Shown piece after piece: positions 11,062 through 20,750 of a DNA stretch of 64,000 bases. Origin of the DNA: Planktothrix sp. GU0601_MAG3 (GTDB lineage Bacteria > Cyanobacteriota > Cyanobacteriia > Cyanobacteriales > Microcoleaceae). The position numbers and the translations under genes are program-made. The stretch spans positions 2,068,578 to 2,132,577 of the forward strand of contig CP136572.1 of NCBI GenBank assembly GCA_035193785.1, written 5' to 3'. The stretch's first letter is position 1, and the number at the start of each line of letters is the position of its first letter. The notes beneath the pieces were generated by a model, which searched no databases, was not told the origin of the DNA, and worked only from the letters and a program-made list of their open reading frames with translations.

Positions 11062-11113
11062 TGAGTTTTTAAGGGTATTTTCGGTTAAGTATTCCAGCAT
11101 TTATTGGGACTGT

Positions 11114-11563
11114 TCAAAGATGACTAGGATCAATAACTTTAATTTGGGAACACCAAGAAAAATCCTTGACATTAAAAGTGTAAATACTGGTGACTTGATG
11201 AGATAACATAATGGCAATATGAAGTAAGTCAAAAATCCCTCCATTGGTCACAGGTTGTTCTTCCAATAACCTCATCCAACCTTCAAAAAGATCGAAAGGA
11301 GTTGAGAGCAAGCAGACATGAGGCATTTGACAAATTCGTTGAATACGCTTAGTCGCTTCTCTTGGCTCTAAAGGTTTTGCTAAGATAGCAGGATTGGTAA
11401 TATAGGAATAAAATTCTGCTAAAACTTGTGATGAAACGCAGAGAATTTCTGTTTCACAGGGTCGAAATATTTCTAATGCAGTCTTGTGTTGAGGTGCTTT
11501 GGTATTAGCAACATAAGCGAGAATGTTGGTATCAAGATAAATTCGTTTAGATTCTGTTACCAT
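11114..11563 (-). CDS. PIN-domain (VapC-like) toxin
   Basis: IYLDTNILAY, SQVLAEFY, IFDLLHIAIM and IYTFNVKDF provide the PIN acidic residues. Likely start is MVTESK at 11563. Confidence 0.85.
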   Translation of the reverse strand: MVTESKRIYLDTNILAYVANTKAPQHKTALEIFRPCETEILCVSSQVLAEFYSYITNPAILAKPLEPREATKRIQRICQMPHVCLLSTPFDLFEGWMRLLEEQPVTNGGIFDLLHIAIMLSHQVTSIYTFNVKDFSWCSQIKVIDPSHL

Positions 11564-11753
11564 AAAGCAGACTCCGATTAAATGGCTGAAGGATTTCACT
11601 TTCAAAAAACAACGGAGTTGGATCAAATTCTGATAGTTGGTCTTCTGTCAATGGGTTTTGCTGTTTATTAATAGCTCTGAATGTGTCTATGATTACATAA
11701 ATCTGCTCGATTTGTTCAGAAGTTAAGCCAGTAACATCAAGAGTTTTAGTCAT
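11547..11753 (-). CDS. Putative antitoxin of the PIN toxin
   Basis: Small acidic 68-aa ORF directly upstream of, and overlapping, the PIN gene. Confidence 0.65.
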   Translation of the reverse strand: MTKTLDVTGLTSEQIEQIYVIIDTFRAINKQQNPLTEDQLSEFDPTPLFFESEILQPFNRSLLYGNRI

Positions 11754-11821
11754 ACTAGGTTACGATTAGAGTTTGCTAATATTATAACTGAATTAGAACT
11801 TCAACTGTCTAAAATACTGCG

Positions 11822-12739
11822 TTAGGGTTTTGCTAAGGGAATTGAACATTGAGTCCGATTAAAATTAGAATCTTCTCCCTCAGAAGGAATCGCTAAAATT
11901 TCTAAACGACCATTCATTAAACTCAATAAAGTTTGATTCATTAATAGCCGCATTCCTGGGGATAAAGTTCCTGGCTCAAACGGCGGTTGATCAATATCTA
12001 ATGTGGATTTTAATAAATCCCAAGATTCACTCCAAGCACTAATAGGACGTTGATCATCGACCCAAATATGCACAAATCCTGTTTCGGGAGAAGAATGGGC
12101 AGAAACATTCACACTTCCCTCAGTCATTTGAGCAATTGCTGTATCTACTAAACTCAATAAAACTTGTCGCAGTCGAGGTAAATCTGCCATAACATAAATA
12201 TCTTGATCAGCAGGTTCAATTTTTAATCTAATACTACGATTTGCCGCCTGCATACAAGTTAAATCTTCTACCTCATCCATGATTTTTGCTAACTGAATGG
12301 CATGAATATCCATGGTGTCTGTGCCATATTCTGTTTTAGCTACAAAAATCACTTGATCTAATAATTTCACCATTTTTAACGCCGATGTGTGGGCGAGATT
12401 GATAAATTCTCGCTCCTCCTCTGGGTTTTCGCACAGATCGGAGATAATTAGTTGTAACGTTCCAATCATGCTACTAAGGGGCGATCTCAACTCATGGGAC
12501 GTCCGCGCCAAAAATCCCGCCTTAAATAAACTCATCTCCGCCGCCGCATGATAGGCGAGTTGAGTTTGTTTCAATTGATAAGACAGGGTTTGCACCTGCT
12601 GTTGATAATCAACCTCTTTGGAGGTGTTTTCTGTCCCAACCGGGTCGGGGGATTTTGTTCCTTTTCCCCGCCATAGCTGATGTAGGCTAACCCCTAACCC
12701 TAACCCAAAACCGAAATATAAAAATTCGCTCCAACCCAT
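11822..12739 (-). CDS. Membrane-anchored histidine-kinase-like protein (HisKA intact, ATPase domain degenerate)
   Basis: H-box FLARTSHELRSPL and ADLPRLRQVLLSLVDTAI. No recognisable N-box Asn or DxGxG boxes. Confidence 0.8.
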   Translation of the reverse strand: MGWSEFLYFGFGLGLGVSLHQLWRGKGTKSPDPVGTENTSKEVDYQQQVQTLSYQLKQTQLAYHAAAEMSLFKAGFLARTSHELRSPLSSMIGTLQLIISDLCENPEEEREFINLAHTSALKMVKLLDQVIFVAKTEYGTDTMDIHAIQLAKIMDEVEDLTCMQAANRSIRLKIEPADQDIYVMADLPRLRQVLLSLVDTAIAQMTEGSVNVSAHSSPETGFVHIWVDDQRPISAWSESWDLLKSTLDIDQPPFEPGTLSPGMRLLMNQTLLSLMNGRLEILAIPSEGEDSNFNRTQCSIPLAKP

Positions 12740-12740
12740 T

Positions 12741-12951
12741 TCAGTTATCAGTAATCAGTTATCAGTTATCAGTGTAGGAGTTGATCAGTTATTGGTCAAC
12801 AGTAAACAGTTATCAGTGTAAGAGTTGAACAACAGTTTGTAAGCTCGAAGTTTATCAACAGATTGGTATTAATTATTAACTGATAACTATGAATTATTGA
12901 CTGATAACTATTAACTGTTAACTGTTGACTGATAACTGATAACTGATTACT
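12741..12951. repeat. Heptamer (TCAGTTA / TAACTGA) STRR-like tracts in inverted arrangement
   Basis: tcagttatcagtaatcagttatcagttatcagt at the left end; taactgttaactgttgactgataactgataactg at the right end, overlapping the end of tsaC. Confidence 0.8.
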
Positions 12952-13532
12952 GAATTCCCCTGTCGTAAGATTGTCCATTGACCATTGCTTTCCCATTTTG
13001 CCACCGTTGAAGGGAGGGTGGATGGGGGGATCTCTGGATCAAATTCCGAGGAAAATAACGTGAAAACATCGGGAAATTGACAACTAATTTCAGCCATCGT
13101 TAATAGGGGCGGTTGTCCTGATAAATTCGCGCTGGTGGTTGCCATCGGGCCAGTGCGGGCTAAAATATACTGGGCGATCGCACAATTAGGAACCCTTACC
13201 CCAATTGTAGACGGATCAGCCGGATTCATTGCCGGAGGAACTTGGTCAGAAGCGGGCAATACCAAAGTTAGGGCCCCGGGCCAATATTCGTCAGCCGTCC
13301 TTTGCCAAACGGATAATTCTTCCACCCTCCCCTCCACATAGGGCCATAATGCCTCCGGTGTGGCGGCCATTAAGATTAATGGTTTATCTGGACTACGTTG
13401 TTTGGTCTGAAAAATTAATTCTGCCCGATCAGGACGGGTAGCTAAAGCGGGTACAGTATCCGTCGGGAAACTAACCACCCCCTCACCAGAAATTGCCAGA
13501 TCAATTAGAGCATCAATAGAGACTTGAACCAT
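12918..13532 (-). CDS. tsaC: L-threonylcarbamoyladenylate synthase (Sua5/YrdC/TsaC)
   Basis: SFPTDTVPAL, KQRSPDKPL, YWPGALT, IGVRVP and TTSANLSG. Confidence 0.9.
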   Translation of the reverse strand: MVQVSIDALIDLAISGEGVVSFPTDTVPALATRPDRAELIFQTKQRSPDKPLILMAATPEALWPYVEGRVEELSVWQRTADEYWPGALTLVLPASDQVPPAMNPADPSTIGVRVPNCAIAQYILARTGPMATTSANLSGQPPLLTMAEISCQFPDVFTLFSSEFDPEIPPSTLPSTVAKWESNGQWTILRQGNSVISYQLSVNS

Positions 13533-13567
13533 AATGTTAACCCAAAAACTTGAGATGCAATCAAGAG

Positions 13568-13686
13568 ATCCAGCGATTGAAATCGTGGCTACACAAGCGA
13601 AGTCCGCCTACGCGGACTATTGATCAAGGGTTTAAAACCCGCGTAGGCGGGTTTGGTTTGTGTAGCCACGGTTTCAACCGCTGGAT
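13568..13686. repeat. ~120-bp palindromic small dispersed repeat (MITE/REP-like)
   Basis: atccagcgattgaaatcgtggctacacaa ... ttgtgtagccacggtttcaaccgctggat, with inner hairpins gtccgcctacgcggac and aacccgcgtaggcgggtt. Confidence 0.8.
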
Positions 13687-13692
13687 TTTTAG

Positions 13693-14580
13693 TCAATTCA
13701 AATAGGCTATAACAAAACGATCAAATCCCGCTAGGTCAGGAATAATTTTAATCCTAGAGTAACTTCCTTGAGCCTCTAATAACCCGGCAACCCTTTCTCC
13801 TTGTCCGGCCATCATTTCCACAATCCAAACTCCTCCAGGGCGCAAATAACGGGGGGCTGTTTCAACTAAATAGCGAATACAATCCAAACCATCGTCACCG
13901 CCATCTAAGGCTAACAGGGGTTCATGTTGGGCAACTTCTGGTTGCAGCGTTGGAATCAGGTCAGAGGGAATATAGGGAGGGTTAGAAACCATTCCCGTTA
14001 GTTTTCCTTGTAGGAATTCTAGGGGTTGCCACCAAGACCCGTGATGGAATTTAATCCGAGTGGCTAGACCATTGGTTTGAGCGTTATCTTCAGCGATCGC
14101 CAAGGCTTCTAAACTGGTATCTACCCCATGAATTTCCGCATTGGGAAAACTATCAGCTAAACCCAGGGCGATCGCCCCGCTTCCGGTACCCAAATCAACC
14201 CAAATCCCATTATTATTAATATCCTCAATAGCAGATACCGCTAAATCAATAATTAACTCCGTTTCAGGACGGGGAATCAGCACTCCAGAAGACACCTTTA
14301 AAGAAAAATGACGCCAGTAAGTTCTCCCCAGTAGGTATTGCAAAGGAATGCGCTCAGTTAGGCGTCGTTGCCAAAGTTGAGTCAATTCTGACCAGGGAAC
14401 TCCCAGGGGAATCGCAGGTTGTTGTTTGAAGGTTTTTAAACGTAGCGTTAATCGGTCTAAACCCCCCAACTCCTGGAGAAACCAGTGGACTTCACCTGGG
14501 GAAATCCCCAGGGCGGTACATTCAGCATCCGCCTGTTCCATCCACTGTTCCAGTTGCCAACCCGATATCGTTTCCCCCAT
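13693..14580 (-). CDS. prmC: Release factor glutamine methyltransferase
   Basis: PLQYLLG, VLIPRPETE, DLGTGSGAIA, SNPPY and ALDGGDDGL. Confidence 0.93.
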   Translation of the reverse strand: MGETISGWQLEQWMEQADAECTALGISPGEVHWFLQELGGLDRLTLRLKTFKQQPAIPLGVPWSELTQLWQRRLTERIPLQYLLGRTYWRHFSLKVSSGVLIPRPETELIIDLAVSAIEDINNNGIWVDLGTGSGAIALGLADSFPNAEIHGVDTSLEALAIAEDNAQTNGLATRIKFHHGSWWQPLEFLQGKLTGMVSNPPYIPSDLIPTLQPEVAQHEPLLALDGGDDGLDCIRYLVETAPRYLRPGGVWIVEMMAGQGERVAGLLEAQGSYSRIKIIPDLAGFDRFVIAYLN

Positions 14581-14604
14581 GATAGTTTCCTAGGATTAAT
14601 TCAA

Positions 14605-15415
14605 TTAACGGGGGGCGGGGGCGGGCCGATTGTTTTGTAAATACTCCAAAGTTTCACGGGGCGGAATCAACACAACCCGATTTAAGAATTGGTCATTATC
14701 TTTTTTCAAAGCATCTAACAACCCTTCCAGGTTAACCACATCGATTTTAACGTTAGAGATTAAATCAGGCTGTTGACTTTTAAATCGAGTCAACATACTT
14801 TGCAAATCCTCTTTGTAGAAGAACATCGGGATCACCTGTTCATTACCATTTTGAATCGTCAGATAGCCGTCATCTGGGCCCCCCCTAGCAATAAATAGCG
14901 GAACACCGTTAAACTCGCTGACGGTTTGCCCATTTTCCTTGAGAACCGTTTTTGCCAAATCCACCTGTTTTTTCACCGGGACATAAGCAAACTGCACTTC
15001 CTCCGCCGAACCCTGACCTTGCTGGCTCATGCGGTATACTTCACCCAGAGAAACCGTAGTCACTTGAATGGTTTCCAGCTAATTGTGGGTCACGACTTTT
15101 TAAGTCATCAAAAAAGGCCACGGCATCAGTGCGACTGATAAATACACCAGCCACCGCCACTTTTTTATCTCCCTGGGGTACGGTCGCAACTAAAGGCGCA
15201 CCCTGGTCATCGGTAATTGTAAAAACCGGAATTGAACGTAATTTTTCCAGAATTTGGTTTTCTGGAATTGCATAAGCTGGCTCAGTTCCCACCGGAATTA
15301 AGTTGAATACACGCAATCCCGAATCGGGACTTAGTAAAAACGTACCGCCCACAACTCCCAATAACGCGCCCAAACGAACAATTGATCTGATCATGTTTCC
15401 AAATTTTGAATTCAA
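14605..15415 (-). CDS. Tic22-family periplasmic chaperone, apparent frameshift at ~15073
   Basis: EKLRSIPVFTITDDQGAPL, VSLGEVY, FNGVPLF and IPMFFYKEDL. The two ORFs join at GTTTC 15071-15075. Confidence 0.85.
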
Positions 15416-15826
15416 TATTTTTTAGATTGCAGATGCAGTGTGTACCACTGAACCCAGGGGGATACAGTAGGATTAACGCTAAACGAAGAACCGGGGTCGT
15501 TTTGACTACTGATAGATTACACTGACGAACAGGGAGTTGTTTTTCTCCCCAAAATCCGGGGGAATTGTCAGCCGCAGAAAGTTCTAACCCAAGTCAGTCC
15601 GTCCCGTTAGATTTTCAAGTGTGTAATTATGGTTCAGAAAACCACAGACGAATATCATCAGGTATTACTTGGTCATGCCCAACCATCCGGGATGAACTAC
15701 AATACCCCTTAAACCCTTGCTAAAAGCCTTCGGGACTGCTTTTCTGAGCTTAAACATGACCCATGGTAACACACCGATCCAGGGATGGACAAAAAGAATC
15801 GGCGCCAATCAAGTTAAAATCTAAAA

Positions 15827-15900
15827 TCGGGATGACAGGATTCGAACCTGCGGCATCCTGCTCCCAAAGCAGGCGCGCTACCAAGCTGCGCTACATCCCG
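15827..15900 (-). tRNA. tRNA-Pro(TGG)
   Basis: Reverse complement cgggatgtagcgcagcttggtagcgcgcctgctTTGGgagcaggatgccgcaggttcgaatcctgtcatcccga folds as a cloverleaf with anticodon TGG. Confidence 0.95.
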
Positions 15901-16053
15901 TTTAATCTTTTCTGAGTATACCCTAAGTTTACACAAATCGGATTAAAAATTGCAAAATTGATTCATAAGCAGCTAGGAGTCGGTTGTCTGTTGTCGGTTA
16001 TCGGTTGTTTGTTCACACCTCCATACCTCAACACCTCAACCGCCAACCCAGGC

Positions 16054-16606
16054 TTAATCTGGATACCAGAACATTCCTTTGATCCCCTCTGGATCGGACA
16101 TAAAACCCAAATTTCGGTAAAAATCTACAACATGAGGGTCAGCAAATAGAGTAATGTTGCTGATATCATCGCTACGGAGTTTTTTGATGATAAATTTCAT
16201 CAAGGCTTTGCCCATGCCCTTATTCTGGAAATCTGGGTGAACGACCACATCCCAGAGCGTAGCATTAAAAGCATGATCCGATGTGGCCCTAGCAAAACCA
16301 ATCAGCCGTCGCTGATTCCCTCGAATCTGCCACATAGAAACTACAAGGAAACTATACTGAATGGCTTTTTTTACTTTACGCAGGGGCCGCCGAGACCAGC
16401 CCACCGCATTGCAAAGTTCTTCCAATTCATATAAATCAATGTCCCGATCGGTGCTAAAAAAAATGCGACCATTATTGCTCGATGACGGGCGAGAGTTTAG
16501 GGATACCGACTCCTCGCTTCCACCCTCATACCCCTCATACTCCACTTGGCAGGAGGACGGGGTGGAGGAATCTGAAACTGCTAAACAAGTTTTTCCAAAA
16601 ACCCAT
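16054..16606 (-). CDS. GNAT N-acetyltransferase (Ycf52-like), apparent frameshift at ~16576
   Basis: [10 protein letters not shown] start joins, at GAAAC 16574-16578, to ...[20 protein letters not shown]...[29 protein letters not shown]. Confidence 0.85.
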
Positions 16607-16679
16607 GCAGGCGTAGTTAAGATAATAGATTTTCAATGAACGTATTAGATAGTATATCTCCCGTACCTTCACCTCAATT

Positions 16680-17405
16680 ATGGCTCCGGGCTTAAAATCC
16701 TCAACTTTAGAACTGCTAAAACGCTTCAATCGGGCGTTTCCACAGTTTTATGAGCAATTTGTCAGTAGTGAAATTCAACTGCAAAATCTGAAACTTGCCT
16801 ATCAAGTTTACCAAACTAAGCAGGCAGTCATTGAAATTGAGCCGGATGGTAACAAAAGTGCTCTACATTTTGCCTATCGCAATCAATCGTTTTTACTCAG
16901 CGATATTTTTGGGGTTTTGGCAGCCTATGGCCTGACGATTCATAGTCTGAGTTTGTATGGCCAAATTTATCCGCCGATGTTGGTGTTTATTAAATTAGTG
17001 GTTTCTCGGGGGGGAAAAGCCCTCACGGATAAAACCTCGGAAAATGTTTGTCGGGCCGTGCGAGAAGCCTTGGCCGGACATTTTGAGGTGGAAGAAATGT
17101 TGGCGGTGGAATTTAATCTGGATGCTGGGTTAGAGGACGTAGCCACGGAATTTTATGTTGACCCGGTATTTCATCTCCCAGCGTTATTAATTGAGGCGGA
17201 TAACCAACCTGGATTGTTTTATAAGGTTATGTATGCTATCTGGCAGGAGGATTTATTAGTGGTGAATGCTAACTTGTTAGTTTGGCGGGGACGCACCCGA
17301 TTAATTTTATATTTATTGGGGCCCAATGAAAGTTTGATTCCTGAATATCTTGGCCAAAAAATTGCCGAGGGAATGCGACAACGGTTAATGGGAGAACGAT
17401 TTTAA
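16680..17405 (+). CDS. Hypothetical protein with two ACT-like domains
   Basis: YRNQSFLLSDIFGVLAAYGLTI and EADNQPGLFYKVMYAIWQEDLLV resemble tandem GlnD-type ACT repeats. No catalytic domain seen. Confidence 0.65.
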   Translation: MAPGLKSSTLELLKRFNRAFPQFYEQFVSSEIQLQNLKLAYQVYQTKQAVIEIEPDGNKSALHFAYRNQSFLLSDIFGVLAAYGLTIHSLSLYGQIYPPMLVFIKLVVSRGGKALTDKTSENVCRAVREALAGHFEVEEMLAVEFNLDAGLEDVATEFYVDPVFHLPALLIEADNQPGLFYKVMYAIWQEDLLVVNANLLVWRGRTRLILYLLGPNESLIPEYLGQKIAEGMRQRLMGERF

Positions 17406-17417
17406 ACAGTTATTTTC

Positions 17418-18332
17418 ATGGTTACTGCGGTTGATTTATTTAGTGGTTGTGGTGGTTTATCTCTGGGGTTTGGGCAGGCAGGAATTGAGATATTAGCAGC
17501 CATTGACAATACTGTTGCATTCCTAGATGTTTATCAAGCAAATTTTGATCATTTGGCGATTTTACAGGATCTCACGGATGAAAATACCGCCATCAAGATT
17601 ATCCAAAAACTTGATCCTGAAATGATCATTGGTGGCCCCCCCTGTCAGGATTTTTCTAGTGCGGGAAAGCGAGATTTAAACGGCGATCGCGCCAATTTAA
17701 CATATAACTTTGCTAATATTGTTTGTGCCATTAAACCTCAATGGTTTGTTATGGAAAATGTGCCAAGAATCACTAAAAGTCCGATTCTCACACAAATATC
17801 TGAGCAATTTTTGATTAATGGTTATGGTTTGTCCGCAATTGTTTTAAATGCTTCTTTTTGTAATACGCCCCAATCGAGATCTCGTTTTTTTCTGATTGGT
17901 GAACTTGGGGGAAAACATCATGCTTTGGTAGATTTATTGAAGTTTGGTTTATCCAAAAAACCCATGACAGTTAGAGATTATCTGGGGGATAGATTGAATC
18001 TCCAATATTATTATAGACATCCCAGAAGCTACGCTAGACGGGGGATATTTTCCATTGATGAACCCAGTCCCACCATCAGAGGAGTTAATCGTCCAATCCC
18101 ACCCAACTATAAACTCCATAGTGGTGATCCGCAAGATATTGATCTTGCCACCATCAGACCTTTATCAACAATTGAACGGAGTTATATTCAAACCTTCCCC
18201 GATTCTTTTAAATTCTGGGGAACTAAAACCAATTTAGAACAAATGATCGGAAATTCTGTTCCTGTGAATTTGGCTTTTTTTGTCGCTTCTACTCTTTTGA
18301 AATATATGCGGCAAGGTATTGATCAGGTTTGA
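17418..18332 (+). CDS. DNA (cytosine-5)-methyltransferase, orphan
   Basis: Motif I DLFSGCGG, motif IV GGPPCQDFS, motif VI MENV, motif VIII PQSRSRFF and motif X QMIGNSVP. Confidence 0.93.
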   Translation: MVTAVDLFSGCGGLSLGFGQAGIEILAAIDNTVAFLDVYQANFDHLAILQDLTDENTAIKIIQKLDPEMIIGGPPCQDFSSAGKRDLNGDRANLTYNFANIVCAIKPQWFVMENVPRITKSPILTQISEQFLINGYGLSAIVLNASFCNTPQSRSRFFLIGELGGKHHALVDLLKFGLSKKPMTVRDYLGDRLNLQYYYRHPRSYARRGIFSIDEPSPTIRGVNRPIPPNYKLHSGDPQDIDLATIRPLSTIERSYIQTFPDSFKFWGTKTNLEQMIGNSVPVNLAFFVASTLLKYMRQGIDQV

Positions 18333-18333
18333 A

Positions 18334-18677
18334 CAGGACTTACGCAGTTAAGCTATATGTAGCGTACTAATGAGTTAGCGATGCCGACAGGCGGCGGTAC
18401 TGCCATCGCGCTCGTAACTCAAACGAGATCGCTTTAACAGGACAACCTCTTAAAGTCCCCCAATTTTGGGGGATTTAGGGGGCAAATATTGCTGCTTGAG
18501 AAATAGTCTCTAAAACTGCTGCTCAATCCTTCATCACCTTAGCATCCTAAACAGTATACATTTCAAGCCATCTAGCCCCCTAGCCCCCAACATTGGGGGG
18601 AAAATAAATAATTAGGACTTTTTAGGGCGATCGCCTACTTTTGACACGCTATATATAGCGTGCTTGCGTAAGTCCTG
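18334..18677. mobile_element. Non-autonomous MITE (~344 bp) with CAGGACTTACGCA terminal inverted repeats
   Basis: Left end caggacttacgca, right end tgcgtaagtcctg. Subterminal gctatatgtagcgt / acgctatatatagc. TTGAA sits immediately outside both ends (possible target duplication). No transposase ORF. Confidence 0.8.
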
Positions 18678-18690
18678 TTGAAAATACTAA

Positions 18691-18772
18691 TGCGGATGGC
18701 GAGACTCGAACTCGCAAGGACAAAGCCACACGCCCCTCAAACGTGCGCGTATACCAATTCCGCCACATCCGC
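18691..18772 (-). tRNA. tRNA-Leu(GAG)
   Basis: Reverse complement gcggatgtggcggaattggtatacgcgcacgtttGAGgggcgtgtggctttgtccttgcgagttcgagtctcgccatccgca has a long variable arm and anticodon GAG. Confidence 0.93.
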
Positions 18773-18956
18773 TTATGAACACTGCGTTTAATCTTGCAGT
18801 CGATTTACTAATATAGCACAGCTTCCCCAACCTGTCACCCCTTTTCTACAATTTTTTTGAGATTCGGCAAATTTGGGGTTGGTAATGGTAGTGAAAGTCC
18901 ATTCCCCATAGCAAGATGGGTTTTTGCCTTTGACCAATAAGATTTTTTGAGAAATC

Positions 18957-20750
18957 TTACCGTTTTAATAATACCTTTAGTTTAATTCTAATTAATTGAT
19001 AATCTCCCTGATTCTGCAATAATTGATAATCAGAAGATTGTAGTCCTAGTTTGGCTATATCTTTTGGTCTAGTGATCACTAAAACCGTGTCAAAGGCAGT
19101 ATCTGAAGGAAATAATTTTAATAATCTTTGCTGAATATCATAGGTCATAAACTCTATATTTTGTTGGGTATAATAGACCAAACTGGGTTTAAATATCCCA
19201 ATTACTAATAGAGGCTCATTCGGTTGATGAACTTGGCGAACTATAGTTGATAATTTTCTGAGGGGTAAGTGTCTTTGAGTATCTAATAATTGACCCAAGG
19301 GTAAAGCAACTAAACCCATAAACGCAAAGAATCCTAGGGCATTTCCCGCCCAAACTGCCCGTCGCCATCGTGGTTTAATCAAGCAATAGAGAGTAATTCC
19401 ACTAGCAGTCAACCAGATAATGACTGATACCGTTGTTAAATGACTGCTTTCTAATAATTGGGAAAAATTGGGGGTATCATCTCCGACTAATTGAGGACTA
19501 ATAAAACTAGTGATCGCTAATATTAATAACACCAAAATATTAAAAAAACCTGTGATTAAAAATGGTAGAGAAATTTTAGGGTGTTCAGACTTAATCGGAT
19601 TCTGTTGATTTCCCCACAAACTAATTAAAATCACTCCCGCCGGAATCGAAGGTAAGATATAACTGGGTAATTTCGTCGCCGAAAGACTAAAAAATCCAAA
19701 AATAATCACAAACCAAAATAGAGCAAATAAGCCCAAATGTTGAGAACGATCTTGCGATCGCCAATCTTGGATTTGCCAAAATTTCACCTGATAAATTGCT
19801 ACAGGTAAATACACCGACCATGGTAATAAAGCCACTAAAATCACGGGAAAATAATAAAACCAAGGGCCAGGATGATTACTGACAACACTGGTAAAGCGGG
19901 CAAAATTATGATGCCCAAAAAACGTATCTAAATAGGCTTGACCATTAGCCATAGTCACTAAAATAAACCAGGGGACGGCAATGATTAAAAATACTAAACT
20001 TCCCTTTAATAACTGCATTTCCCAGAGAACTCTTTGCCATTGTTTGGTATAAATTAAAAATCCTCCAATAATTAAAATCGGTAAGACAATTCCAATCGGC
20101 CCTTTAGCTAAAACTGCTAAGGCTGCAAAACTATAAAATATAAAATACCACCCCTTTTGTTGACGGGTTTTAGGTTGAGCATAACCCAAGAAAAATGCTA
20201 ATAATGAAATGGTCATACAGGAGGCTAGAAGCATATCAGAAACCCCCGCACGTCCCCAGGCAACCCAAGCCGGATTTAAGGCGATCATTGCCATTCCCCA
20301 CCAGGCTCCTATCCAACGCTGACGGGTGCGAGCAGATTCTGTTTCTAAAGATATAAACCCACCGAAATAACGCAGGGTATAAAATACTAAAAAAGTAGAT
20401 AATATCGCGGCTATGGCTGAAGGTAATCGCGCCCCCCATTCATTTACCCCGACGGTTTGAAACGCTATTACTATTAACCAATAAATTAAGGGAGGTTTAT
20501 CAAAGCGAGTTTCCCCATTCCAATAGGGGGTAACCCAATCTCCTGTTAGGTGCATTTGTCGGGCGGCTTCAACAAACATTGGTTCGGTTTTATCAATTAA
20601 ACCAATATCGCCTAAATGACTTAAAAAGGCGATCGCACTCAATAAAAATAATCCCACAATAGAAATGCCCCAAGTTAGCTTAGGGTAGTTTTCCCAGGAT
20701 TTCCAAATTGTTTGAAAGGATGAGTTAAATTCCGATTTTTTACTATTCAT
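18957..20750 (-). CDS. ArnT/PMT-like polyprenyl-phosphate glycosyltransferase (GT-C fold)
   Basis: Multi-TM protein with DWVTPYWNGETRFDKPPLIYW, WGARLPSA, LAKGPIG and TKLPSYILP. Confidence 0.88.
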   Translation of the reverse strand: MNSKKSEFNSSFQTIWKSWENYPKLTWGISIVGLFLLSAIAFLSHLGDIGLIDKTEPMFVEAARQMHLTGDWVTPYWNGETRFDKPPLIYWLIVIAFQTVGVNEWGARLPSAIAAILSTFLVFYTLRYFGGFISLETESARTRQRWIGAWWGMAMIALNPAWVAWGRAGVSDMLLASCMTISLLAFFLGYAQPKTRQQKGWYFIFYSFAALAVLAKGPIGIVLPILIIGGFLIYTKQWQRVLWEMQLLKGSLVFLIIAVPWFILVTMANGQAYLDTFFGHHNFARFTSVVSNHPGPWFYYFPVILVALLPWSVYLPVAIYQVKFWQIQDWRSQDRSQHLGLFALFWFVIIFGFFSLSATKLPSYILPSIPAGVILISLWGNQQNPIKSEHPKISLPFLITGFFNILVLLILAITSFISPQLVGDDTPNFSQLLESSHLTTVSVIIWLTASGITLYCLIKPRWRRAVWAGNALGFFAFMGLVALPLGQLLDTQRHLPLRKLSTIVRQVHQPNEPLLVIGIFKPSLVYYTQQNIEFMTYDIQQRLLKLFPSDTAFDTVLVITRPKDIAKLGLQSSDYQLLQNQGDYQLIRIKLKVLLKR

